DNA of 47,500 nt from a virus (Duplodnaviria > Caudoviricetes): positions 1 through 47,500 of IMG/VR virus record IMGVR_UViG_3300037264_002141; one strand, written 5' to 3'. Below the pieces are notes generated by a model that was not told the DNA's origin, made no database searches, and saw only the letters and a list, made by a program, of their open reading frames with translations. Every line of letters starts with the position of its first letter. Positions within the stretch are counted from its first letter, which is position 1. Shown here piece after piece: positions 17,238 to 25,410 of this stretch. A program made the position numbers and the translations under genes.

Positions 17238-17495
17238 TCAGTCCCGCGGGTCGATCAGCGGGAAGTTGTCGACATACTGTTGATACTGCCGGCGCAGGGC
17301 CGGCTCGAGGACCGTCACCGGCACGACATCGAAGTCCTCGTCCTCGAGGCCCAGCTCCACATGCGCCCGGGCGATCGCGTCCTGCGGCGTCGGGAACGTC
17401 GTTGCGGAGTCGAGATCAGACGTCCAGGGGATGCTCGGGTGCTGCTGGTAGTAGACCTGCACCTTGCGGAACGCGATGACAAAGGCTTGTGGCAT
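17238..17495 (-). CDS. Small acidic early hypothetical protein
   Basis: AGGAGG RBS; 85 aa. Confidence 0.65.
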   Translation of the reverse strand: MPQAFVIAFRKVQVYYQQHPSIPWTSDLDSATTFPTPQDAIARAHVELGLEDEDFDVVPVTVLEPALRRQYQQYVDNFPLIDPRD

Positions 17496-17504
17496 GGTCC
17501 CCTC

Positions 17505-18470
17505 CTACCGGATGCTCGTCTTTTTCGTCGCCCGGACGCCCGGCCAGCGATCGAGCTGCTCGTGCATCCCGCGGGCGTAGTCGTTGAGCTTGACCTGATT
17601 GACCGTGAGCACGTCCCACGGGATCCCGTGCTTGCCGCCGATGGTGGCCGCGATGAACGCGACCTCGTCGAGCACTTCGCCGGACCAGCGACTCGCGTCG
17701 CCGGTTGCGACCTCCGCCGCCACGCGGACATGCTTACTCTCGACCGGCGCCGCGCGCTTTGCCTCGAGTTGAGAAGCGAGCACGTTCGCCGATCGCTGTG
17801 CCTCGATCGCCGCGCGTATCTTCTCGCCGCCGAGCAGCCGTGTGGCCGTGCCGACCGGATCGCGATAGCCGGCATCCCGGGCCGCCGCGACGCCGTTCCC
17901 GCCGTTCCGAAACCACTCCGCCAGGAAGCGCCGCTCCCGTTCGCTGAGATCCTGGCTCGCCTCTTCCGCCGCGATCGCCTTCTGCTCGAGGTCCGCGAGT
18001 TCCCTGTCTCGCGCGACGCGGGCGCGCTCGTCTGCCTCTCGCCGGAGCCGGTCTTCCTCCTCTCGAGCCCGGCGCCGTTCGGCCTCAGCATAGGTCGTGT
18101 GGAGCCGCGTGCCGATCGCGACCGCCTCCTCGAGAGGCGTGATGCCCCGCTCCCGTGCCTGTGTCAGCCGCCGGTGAAAGCGATGCACAAGCTGTGTGAT
18201 CGCCCAATGCTCCTCGATCGCCGCCTTGTCCTTGTTCGCCTGGCGGACGCGCTCGATGAGGACTTGGTCCTCCTCTTTGCTCGTCGGCGCTTTCCATTGT
18301 TTCGCGCGTCCGAGCGTCTGCCGGGCCGCGGCCTCGAGGGCCAGGGCCTCACCGAAGAACACCCGGAGCCCGCCGACAAACCGCTCGAGGGCCGAGCCTT
18401 CCGCCGCGGCGAGTGCCAGCTCGCCTGTCTCGACGACCTCCGGAACTTTGACCTCTGTCTTTTTCGCCAT
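17505..18470 (-). CDS. Coiled-coil phage protein containing an internal TerS-like HTH
   Basis: GGGAGGAG RBS; long E/R/A coiled coil; internal LSERERRFLAEW..NGGNGVAAARDAGY; C-terminal WSGEVLD...WPGVRA. Confidence 0.75.
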   Translation of the reverse strand: MAKKTEVKVPEVVETGELALAAAEGSALERFVGGLRVFFGEALALEAAARQTLGRAKQWKAPTSKEEDQVLIERVRQANKDKAAIEEHWAITQLVHRFHRRLTQARERGITPLEEAVAIGTRLHTTYAEAERRRAREEEDRLRREADERARVARDRELADLEQKAIAAEEASQDLSERERRFLAEWFRNGGNGVAAARDAGYRDPVGTATRLLGGEKIRAAIEAQRSANVLASQLEAKRAAPVESKHVRVAAEVATGDASRWSGEVLDEVAFIAATIGGKHGIPWDVLTVNQVKLNDYARGMHEQLDRWPGVRATKKTSIR

Positions 18471-18490
18471 GTGTCTACTCCTCCCGTGTC

Positions 18491-18697
18491 CTACAGCCGG
18501 CCGCCGGCCGACCGAACCTCACTCGTGAGGTCCTGCACGCAATCGCCCAGGTTGAAGAGGGCGTAGACGACCGCCACGCCCAAGTGATAGAGCAGCCGCC
18601 ACTGCCCCGCACCGTCCGCCGAGGCCGCGCACAGGTCCCTACTGACCTCGTCCGCTGTCTTGAGCGCCTCAACCGCCAGCCCTTCGTCTGTTGCCAT
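18491..18697 (-). CDS. Small hypothetical protein
   Basis: GAGGAGG RBS; 68 aa with one hydrophobic stretch. Confidence 0.6.
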   Translation of the reverse strand: MATDEGLAVEALKTADEVSRDLCAASADGAGQWRLLYHLGVAVVYALFNLGDCVQDLTSEVRSAGGRL

Positions 18698-18717
18698 CGT
18701 GATCCTCCTCTCGTCTG

Positions 18718-19170
18718 TTACCGATCCTCGTCCGACTCCGGCGCCCCGTTCAGGGCGTCATACCGCCGCGCCCAGGCTTCCATGCCCACGTCTCCGCGAC
18801 GCCTCGCCCGACTCCGCGCCCGCGCCCGACTGTCCAGGTCCGGGTCAACCTCCTCATTCAACTCTGAGCCGTCCGGATCCGCCGGCGGCAGTCCGTCACA
18901 CGTTGAATCCGGATGCTCGTCCACCCGATGCCCACACGGCAGCAACATCGCCCCAGGTTCCTGTGATCCCGCCTCCGCGACCACGCGCGCCTGATGCTCC
19001 TCGTAGGCCGCGACCTCATCAGCCGCTATGCTGTCGAGGATCCGCTGGGTCTCCGCGTCGCAGCCGCAGCCGCAGCCGTCAGGATGGGGACGTAGCACCC
19101 CCTCGCGCTCCCACGCTTCCTTGTCATACACTCGCGCCGCCTGCCCCGCCGCTGCTGTCGTCCTGTCCAT
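18718..19170 (-). CDS. Acidic Cys/His-containing early protein
   Basis: AAGGAGG RBS; first gene after the 19218-19246 promoter. Confidence 0.7.
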   Translation of the reverse strand: MDRTTAAAGQAARVYDKEAWEREGVLRPHPDGCGCGCDAETQRILDSIAADEVAAYEEHQARVVAEAGSQEPGAMLLPCGHRVDEHPDSTCDGLPPADPDGSELNEEVDPDLDSRARARSRARRRGDVGMEAWARRYDALNGAPESDEDR

Positions 19171-19217
19171 GTCGCCCCTCCTTGCGCCGTGAGGCCCCGC
19201 TCCCGTGCGCCAGAAAG

Positions 19218-19249
19218 ATCATACACAACTCGCGACTTGTTGGCAACAA
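19218..19249 (-). promoter_or_regulatory. Strong sigma70-like promoter with perfect palindromic operator over the -35
   Basis: TTGCCA-17-TATGAT with an A/T-rich upstream tract; TTGTTGGCAACAA at 19237-19249. Confidence 0.85.
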
Positions 19250-19278
19250 TTATTATGAGTCCGTATTCATTGGTCGGT

Positions 19279-19794
19279 TTACTGTTCCATCTCACCGAGC
19301 TTCTCGAGGATCCGCCGCTGCTGAGCCGTGAGCAGGCCCTCCTCGAGGACACCGATTGCACGCTCCCGGCCGACCTCCGCCCAGCGCGCCGCCTTCGCCA
19401 CATAGCGATACATCCCCGCGAAGAGGGTGTCTGCGTCGACGAACCACGCGACCGGCCCATCATAACCGTCCGGCGTCAGCGGCTTCGCCCAGAGCGTCCC
19501 CTTGTGCAAACTCACGGCGCCGTCCTGATGCCGGTGTGTGCAAAGCAGAATCATTCGATCGGGCGTCGAGCGATCGCCAGCAGGGTTGCCGCCCATCGCT
19601 TTGTGGGCATCGGCATGTGCGACCTCGAGGCGGAGCCCGATCCGCTTGCAGCCGCAGAGCGGGAACCGGCACCGTCGATCCCGCCGGCGGACCGCCGCCT
19701 TCGCGAGACGTTCGTCGTGGTCCCGAGCAACTCGGATACGCCTCTCCCGCACCTTGCGTTCCGTCGTTGAGGGTTTCCAGAATGGACTGCTCAT
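19279..19794 (-). CDS. HNH-family endonuclease
   Basis: RRRDRRCRFPLC...LEVAH..H...GG.....MILLCTHRH. Confidence 0.7.
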   Translation of the reverse strand: MSSPFWKPSTTERKVRERRIRVARDHDERLAKAAVRRRDRRCRFPLCGCKRIGLRLEVAHADAHKAMGGNPAGDRSTPDRMILLCTHRHQDGAVSLHKGTLWAKPLTPDGYDGPVAWFVDADTLFAGMYRYVAKAARWAEVGRERAIGVLEEGLLTAQQRRILEKLGEMEQ

Positions 19795-19883
19795 GTCCGC
19801 CTCCTAGCAAGCGCGAACCCGATGACGATCGCGAGCACCGCGAGCGTCCAGCCGACGATGACCCCGAGCACCTCAGGGGTCAT
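19791..19883 (-). CDS. 30-aa single-TM peptide (not in ORF track)
   Basis: MTPEVLGVIVGWTLAVLAIVIGFALARRRT; ATGA overlaps at both ends. Confidence 0.6.
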   Translation of the reverse strand: MTPEVLGVIVGWTLAVLAIVIGFALARRRT

Positions 19884-20461
19884 GCCGCCACTCCACAGCA
19901 CGTCCGGATGATCCGGTATGCCTCATCGAAGTCCCGCCGCTCCACGAACTGCTCGAGCTGCGCCTTGCCGTGGCCGGAGAGATAGAGGCCATACCGTGTG
20001 ATGAACTCCGGCGGGATCCCGATCTCCTCCCCGACGAGAATCGCTTGAAGGGCCGTCTGGATCCTGTGACTCTTCTCTCTCGCTCCGCTCTTGACCTCGA
20101 GGACGGACTCGGCGGCGTAGACGAGTCCCGCGCGATCGGGCCGGCCGCCGTAGTGATGCAGTCTCGAGACGAGGGGCTCCTCGACGTGGCGCCAGGTCGG
20201 CCGAATCATCGCCATGACCTTGACGTGCGCGAGGAGCCAGCCCTTGTATTTCGACGTGACGGTTCGAGGATCTTCGATCGCCCCGAGGTCATAGTCCGCC
20301 GTGAGCTGATGCACCGCGCGCCCGCGTTCTGAGCTGTCTTCGGTATACCACCGTGCGTCGATCCAGCCGGTCTCTTCGAGCATGCCGGTGATGTGCGGCA
20401 CGATCTCGCCGAGCGTCAGGTCGATATACTCGTGCCGATTCGCGTCGAAGGCCAGGGCCAT
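19880..20461 (-). CDS. PD-(D/E)XK recombination exonuclease
   Basis: HEY..VPHITGML, RGRAVH, VEEPL...YGGRPDR...LEVKSG, Q.ALQ; adjacent to the annealase. Confidence 0.8.
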   Translation of the reverse strand: MALAFDANRHEYIDLTLGEIVPHITGMLEETGWIDARWYTEDSSERGRAVHQLTADYDLGAIEDPRTVTSKYKGWLLAHVKVMAMIRPTWRHVEEPLVSRLHHYGGRPDRAGLVYAAESVLEVKSGAREKSHRIQTALQAILVGEEIGIPPEFITRYGLYLSGHGKAQLEQFVERRDFDEAYRIIRTCCGVAA

Positions 20462-20463
20462 GC

Positions 20464-21468
20464 TCAACCCTCTTCCCCAGGTTCCCGCCCGACCACGATC
20501 GGGAGCGGACCGGGATGTTCGATCGCCGCGCAAATCGTTTCATAGAGGTCCGTTGTAATCAGCTTCGAGCTGGTGAAGCCGAGACTCTCGAGATAGGCTT
20601 TGACCTCCGCGTCGGACCGGCCGCGGCTCCGGATGATCGTCCAGAGTCGTTTGACGCGCGCTTCTGAGATCGCCTTACCGCTCGTGCTGTGATGGCTGGC
20701 GGGGGGGACCGCCCGCGCCGGCGCGACGGGCTCGCTGGCATCGACCGCTCGCCGGCCCGTCTGGATCTCATTCCAGAAGGGCGCGTCCGTCTTGCGGCGG
20801 ACGAACCACTTGACTTTCCGCTGACCGTCGCGCTCCGTCTCCGTCTTCACGCGCACGCAATGCTCGGCGATGAACATTTCACCGAACGACCGCTCCCACA
20901 GCTCGAGAGCCAGGCCGAGATGTTTGCAACAGCGCCGGAGTCCGCTCGCAACAGTGCTCTCGAGCGCGTCGCCATAGCTTTGGTCCGGGTTGTTGGCGAA
21001 GTAGTCCTGTTCGCCGAGGGCGAAGGCGAGCGGTTTGCCATGCACGAGTAGGAGGTAGGGCACGACGACGCTGTTGTTGTTGATCAACGGTTTACTGGCC
21101 GGCCGCAGCGCCCAACCCGTGCGACCGAAAGCCCGATTGAGCCAGCGGGTGTAGACGATATGAGGCAGGTAGACCTGGCCGGTCGGTTTGACCCGGATGT
21201 CCTCGAGCCGCACCGGCTCACTGAGCACGGCCTCCTCTTCGCGCGTGAACTTGACCTCGACGAGCCCGAAGTCCCCGAGCTGGATCGCGTCGTCGAGCAC
21301 ACCTCCGCTCGTGAGGGCCTCGAGGCGCTTGATCTGCCGTTCGAGGTTCTCCTCTGTCTTGACCGGCCGCCGAGCCGGCAACAGTCGCCGGCTGACTGGC
21401 ACGCGCCGGCGCACGACGAGCGCCGTCGACGGCTTCCGCGCCGCGGGTTTCTTCCGCTTGTTTGTCAT
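20464..21468 (-). CDS. Rad52/Sak-superfamily single-strand annealing protein, Mgm101-like
   Basis: VKPTGQVYLPHIVYTRWLNRAFGRTGWALRP, ALGEQDYF, ALESTVASGLRRCCKHLGLALELW. Confidence 0.85.
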   Translation of the reverse strand: MTNKRKKPAARKPSTALVVRRRVPVSRRLLPARRPVKTEENLERQIKRLEALTSGGVLDDAIQLGDFGLVEVKFTREEEAVLSEPVRLEDIRVKPTGQVYLPHIVYTRWLNRAFGRTGWALRPASKPLINNNSVVVPYLLLVHGKPLAFALGEQDYFANNPDQSYGDALESTVASGLRRCCKHLGLALELWERSFGEMFIAEHCVRVKTETERDGQRKVKWFVRRKTDAPFWNEIQTGRRAVDASEPVAPARAVPPASHHSTSGKAISEARVKRLWTIIRSRGRSDAEVKAYLESLGFTSSKLITTDLYETICAAIEHPGPLPIVVGREPGEEG

Positions 21469-21577
21469 GGATGCCCTTTCCGAGGTAGGATGGAGGCACC
21501 TGTCAGGGCGGACCTCCCGCCTACTTCTCCTTCGTCGTGGCCCGGCATGCTTCGCCAGTGTGCCGGGCCGTTGTGTC

Positions 21578-21823
21578 TCACCCCACCTTTGTAGCGAGAT
21601 AGGCCAGGGTCTCTTTCTCCCCCCGGGCCATATACTCGATGACGTCGGCGTCGCTCACCTGCTCAGGGTCCTGACCGACGAGTCGCGCGAGCTTGCGCCG
21701 ATGCAACTCGAACCGAACCGAGCCCCGAGCCGTAATGACAGCGTTGAGGCGATCGCCGCCCTTCTTGTTGCGGAAGATCGACGCGCGCCCCATGAGTGGT
21801 TTGCGGAGTGGTGTGGTTGGCAT
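21578..21823 (-). CDS. Small basic protein, candidate ribbon-helix-helix repressor
   Basis: RLNAVIT strand, a helix, then VSDADVIEYM helix; the ATG overlaps an operator copy (alternative ATG at 21793). Confidence 0.6.
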   Translation of the reverse strand: MPTTPLRKPLMGRASIFRNKKGGDRLNAVITARGSVRFELHRRKLARLVGQDPEQVSDADVIEYMARGEKETLAYLATKVG

Positions 21824-21862
21824 GTTGCCAACAATTCTACACCAGAACCGCATAATTGGCAC
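21822..21862 (-). promoter_or_regulatory. sigma70-like promoter plus operator over the start of the RHH-like gene
   Basis: GTGCCA-17-TAGAAT; ATGTTGCCAACAA at 21822-21834. Confidence 0.7.
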
Positions 21863-22163
21863 GGTCGCACTCCCAACAGCGCGTGCCAATCGGTCCGAGG
21901 GCGCCGCACGCGGCACACTTCCCCACCGGCGCCTCAATCTTGACCCCGGTATAGCGGCCCCGGATGACCTGATGGAAAAACCGCCCTTTCGATTCCGCCT
22001 CGAGAAAGGCGTCCCAGATCTCCGACTTGACCTGGCTGTAGTGAATGACCGTGCCGTCGCGAAACGCAATCGCCAACGTCTCAGTTTCGGCCCTGTAGCC
22101 GGCACTCTTCAGGAAGGTAGACTCGACGAGTGTCTGCGGGATCTCGGTCTTGGACTCGGCCAT
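21837..22163 (-). CDS. KTSC-domain protein with C-terminal zinc ribbon
   Basis: VESTFLKSAGY....LAIAFRDG.VIHY..V....DAFLEAESKGRFF...IRGRY, then CAAC...CWEC; AAGGAGGAG RBS. Confidence 0.85.
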   Translation of the reverse strand: MAESKTEIPQTLVESTFLKSAGYRAETETLAIAFRDGTVIHYSQVKSEIWDAFLEAESKGRFFHQVIRGRYTGVKIEAPVGKCAACGALGPIGTRCWECDRANYAVLV

Positions 22164-22182
22164 GTGACTCCTCCTTGAGAGG

Positions 22183-22215
22183 AGCCTAGCATGGCGCCGG
22201 ACTTGTTGGCAACAA
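22183..22215 (-). promoter_or_regulatory. sigma70-like promoter with perfect palindromic operator over the -35
   Basis: TTGCCA-18-TAGGCT with TGn extension; TTGTTGGCAACAA at 22203-22215. Confidence 0.8.
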
Positions 22216-23817
22216 CTATTTTGAGACGAGCAGCCAGGCGCCGGCACCCTGCTCGAGGCGCACCGTCGCGCCCGCCTCGAGGGTATAGGTCTTGCTCTCC
22301 CCGGCAAGCAGCGGGCGCAACTCGAAACTCATCGGCCAGGCGGCGGTGAGTTGGACGTAACTCTTGACCCCGACAACCGCCGTCACGAACGCTGAGGCGC
22401 GCGTGGCCGAGTAGACGCGGACCGCGCCGTGATCGGGACCGTCCGGCCAGAGGGCGTCAACCGTGAACGGACTCCCGACCCAGCCCGAGTTTTGCTTCGA
22501 CCAGTTCGCCAGGTCGGGCGGGAGGGCCGCAGTCACGGCGGCCAGACCGGCCAGGGTGTCGGCCAGACCGGGCGTCTCCCACAGGTTCGCCGGGATCCCG
22601 CGACTGGCGCCGGACGCGCCGCCGCCCCAGATCCCCGGACCGGCGTGAATGACCGACAACGGCAGGCCGGCGATATGCGCCACGAGCGCCTGCGCGACAA
22701 GTCGCGTCGGATCGCGCTCTTCGGCAACGGAACTATACGGACCGATCGGTTCGTTGCTGTCGCCGGGCGGGAGCCAGTCACACGGGAACTCACCCGGGAA
22801 CCCCCATGGTTGACGCACGGGGCGCCAGAACCCGTCGACGAGGCGCGTCTCCCGGTCAAAGTGGATCGTCGCCACGTCGGCGACGCCGTTCCAATAGAGC
22901 AGGCAGAACTCGTCGAGATCCTCGTGATAAGAGGACGCCGCCACGAGGATACCCGTCGCGTCGTTCGCTCGTCGTGTGAGTGCGCGCAGTTCGGCCAGAC
23001 CCGCTGACCCGCCGAAGCCAGTTTGAAACCCCTCGTTCGCGATCTCGAGGAGGACGATCTTTTCTTCACGGCCGCGACTCATCGCGAGAACGCGGTCGAC
23101 GAGCTGCACCCGCTCCGCCGCGGTCTCCGTGAAGTCGACCCCACCGAAGACGGTCCACTCGATCCGAAGGCGGAACTTATCGAAGGCCAGGTCGGTCAAG
23201 CCGGCCAGGGCCGCGTCATAACCCTCAGCGTGCGGGTCGACGGCCCGGTCCACCCACCACGGCCCGCCGACTGTCGCGAGGACGCGCACGTGATCGATCG
23301 CCCCACTGTCTGCCAGATACGCGAGGTTCTCCTCGAGACGGGCGCGATCGTGCTGATACCCCCAAAGACCCCAGAACAAGGTTGCGCCGTGTCCGAGGAA
23401 ATGCCCGCCATCGTCACGGAGAGCGCGGCCTTCGAGGCGCACCACCCCGCGACGCGCCGACACCGCCGGCGGCAACGACAGGGCGACGCGGACCTCGAGG
23501 CCAGGCAGGGCGTCGATATGTTGGTCGGCCGAGACGTAACCGGCCGCGCTCACGAAGACGTGCGAGTCGGTCAGACTGGCCGGCACGACGAAGACGGCAC
23601 GCCCGGAGACGTCAGCGACCTCACTGAGGGCATCCGCCGGCGTCGCGCCGGTGATCCAGTAGCGGACCAGCGCCCCACCGATGGCCGCCTGGCTCGTGGC
23701 GTCGACGACCGCGATCGTGACAAGCATCACACTCGGGGTCGGCGCCGGCGTCGGGGGGATCGGCGCGCACGCGCTGAGAAGGAGGAGCGCGAGAGCCAGC
23801 CAGGAACGTGGTCGCAT
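22216..23817 (-). CDS. Lipoprotein with Ig-like domain and putative clan GH-A glycoside hydrolase barrel
   Basis: Lipobox LLLLSA/C, Pro-Thr linker, beta-sandwich (VSAAGY), then DHVRVL, EIANE, TIHFDR, SNEPIG. Confidence 0.65.
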   Translation of the reverse strand: MRPRSWLALALLLLSACAPIPPTPAPTPSVMLVTIAVVDATSQAAIGGALVRYWITGATPADALSEVADVSGRAVFVVPASLTDSHVFVSAAGYVSADQHIDALPGLEVRVALSLPPAVSARRGVVRLEGRALRDDGGHFLGHGATLFWGLWGYQHDRARLEENLAYLADSGAIDHVRVLATVGGPWWVDRAVDPHAEGYDAALAGLTDLAFDKFRLRIEWTVFGGVDFTETAAERVQLVDRVLAMSRGREEKIVLLEIANEGFQTGFGGSAGLAELRALTRRANDATGILVAASSYHEDLDEFCLLYWNGVADVATIHFDRETRLVDGFWRPVRQPWGFPGEFPCDWLPPGDSNEPIGPYSSVAEERDPTRLVAQALVAHIAGLPLSVIHAGPGIWGGGASGASRGIPANLWETPGLADTLAGLAAVTAALPPDLANWSKQNSGWVGSPFTVDALWPDGPDHGAVRVYSATRASAFVTAVVGVKSYVQLTAAWPMSFELRPLLAGESKTYTLEAGATVRLEQGAGAWLLVSK

Positions 23818-23826
23818 GGAGAACTC

Positions 23827-24339
23827 CTAGACGTTGACGGGTGTCGCGCCTCGAGAACCGGCCGGACCGACCTGTCGTGTCCAGCCTTCATCCCAGAGCT
23901 TCGGCCACGTGCAGGCCCGTGGTGTGCCAGGACGCCAGGTCGCCAGGTAGATCCGCCAGGCGACGTCTGCTTGATTCTGCGCGGGAAGCGCGTCTGGATG
24001 CGTGAGGAGGAGACACCGGGCGAGGAGGGCCGCCAGCATGTCGTTGTGTTCGATCGCTTGGAAGGTGTCCGCTGGCGACATCTCGGGCGGATACCGGAGC
24101 GACAGGAGCGCGTTGCGGAAGACCCGACTGGCCTGCGGATGATAATGGACGCCGACCACGCCCGCCATCTCAAATTGCCAGAACCCGCGCGCCGGCCCGC
24201 GCTGTTGCTTCCGATCGAGGAAGCGCGACTCCTGCAGACCGATCGCGGTAATGAATGCCGCAGCTTCGACCGTTGCGAGTCGCACCGGGAGCACCGTGAA
24301 GGCGGCCGGGATGATGTAGCGGACGATTTGGTCGATCAC
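23827..24339 (-). CDS. Putative endolysin (lysozyme-like fold)
   Basis: AIGLQESRF..RKQ..GPARGFWQFE, HND.LAA..AR, AWRIYL.TWRPG.P; GTGA-coupled to the upstream membrane protein. Confidence 0.75.
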   Translation of the reverse strand: MIDQIVRYIIPAAFTVLPVRLATVEAAAFITAIGLQESRFLDRKQQRGPARGFWQFEMAGVVGVHYHPQASRVFRNALLSLRYPPEMSPADTFQAIEHNDMLAALLARCLLLTHPDALPAQNQADVAWRIYLATWRPGTPRACTWPKLWDEGWTRQVGPAGSRGATPVNV

Positions 24340-24683
24340 GTCTTGCTCGCGTGAAAGGGACAATTGTTGATCTCGTCCACCACGTGCGTCAGGGCGGCCG
24401 TGACCTTTTCGACGAGAGCCATCAACACCTGGTTTCGGGACTCTTCTTCGTGAAGCAGGCGGGCCAGGTCGCGGCGATACGACCAGAGCGTGCCGAGCAG
24501 GCAGATCGTCAACCCGCCTTGTGTGAGGACCCACTTCAGGAACTCCGACTCGAATCCTCCGACACTAGGCGTGACCTGAGCTGCAAGGACCCCGTTGACG
24601 CTCAACAGACAGACACAGGCGAGACTGAGCGGCCCGCGCAGCCAACGGGCGACGCGACGGAGGCGGGGCATAGTTCGACTCAC
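24336..24683 (-). CDS. Holin/antiholin-like membrane protein
   Basis: Two hydrophobic segments plus a C-terminal coiled coil; directly precedes the endolysin. Confidence 0.55.
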   Translation of the reverse strand: MSRTMPRLRRVARWLRGPLSLACVCLLSVNGVLAAQVTPSVGGFESEFLKWVLTQGGLTICLLGTLWSYRRDLARLLHEEESRNQVLMALVEKVTAALTHVVDEINNCPFHASKT

Positions 24684-24689
24684 CTCTTC

Positions 24690-25349
24690 CTACGCGGCGA
24701 CGGGAACTTCCGTCCAGTCCATGACGAACGTGAAGCGGACCACGCCGACCGCTCCCTGCGTCAACCCGAGTCGCACACGGAGGCCCTGCAACGCCGTGAG
24801 CGTCAAGGGACACTCGAGGCCCGGCGCGACGTCAAAGAGACTGGTGAACGCGGAATTGCCGACCGTGTTCCCGAGCGGGAGCACGGCGAAACTGAGCGCC
24901 GACGCCTCCGCGCTACCCGTGCCCGCGCCGAGGGCGACGGCCTGCGCGACGCGGAGATCCGCGACACGACTCGGATTCATGCCCGTGCCCTTCTGACAGG
25001 CACTCCCAAGCACAAGGGCGGTGCCTCCAGTGTCAGCGGCCGTGAAGCCGTTGATCCGGACGAGGTCGACGCTGTTCTCCTGCGCTGTGGTGAAGGCCGT
25101 CACGATCGTCCCGGCCACGTGCAAGCGGTGCAGAAGACATCGGACCAGCGGATCCGTCCAGCGAAGGGAGAGGATCGCGTCGCCGGCGTTGAGGACCGTC
25201 GTGAGCCCGGTCACGAGGACCGTGCGGTAGTGGCCGCCGATGATCTCCGCGCTCTTATGTTCGGCTGGCTTGAGACTGAGCCGCAGCGCCGAGTAGGTCG
25301 GATCGACCGCGGCCTGCACGCGGGCGTCTGTCGGTGATTCGAGAATCAT
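24690..25349 (-). CDS. Hypothetical beta-rich protein, probably tail-associated
   Basis: GAGGAG RBS; ends FVMDWTEV; follows the fibre module. Confidence 0.55.
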   Translation of the reverse strand: MILESPTDARVQAAVDPTYSALRLSLKPAEHKSAEIIGGHYRTVLVTGLTTVLNAGDAILSLRWTDPLVRCLLHRLHVAGTIVTAFTTAQENSVDLVRINGFTAADTGGTALVLGSACQKGTGMNPSRVADLRVAQAVALGAGTGSAEASALSFAVLPLGNTVGNSAFTSLFDVAPGLECPLTLTALQGLRVRLGLTQGAVGVVRFTFVMDWTEVPVAA

Positions 25350-25410
25350 GATCTCACTCCTCTCGTCAGAGAAACTCTAGCATCAACGGCCGCGGTTGTC
25401 GTCAGGATCT

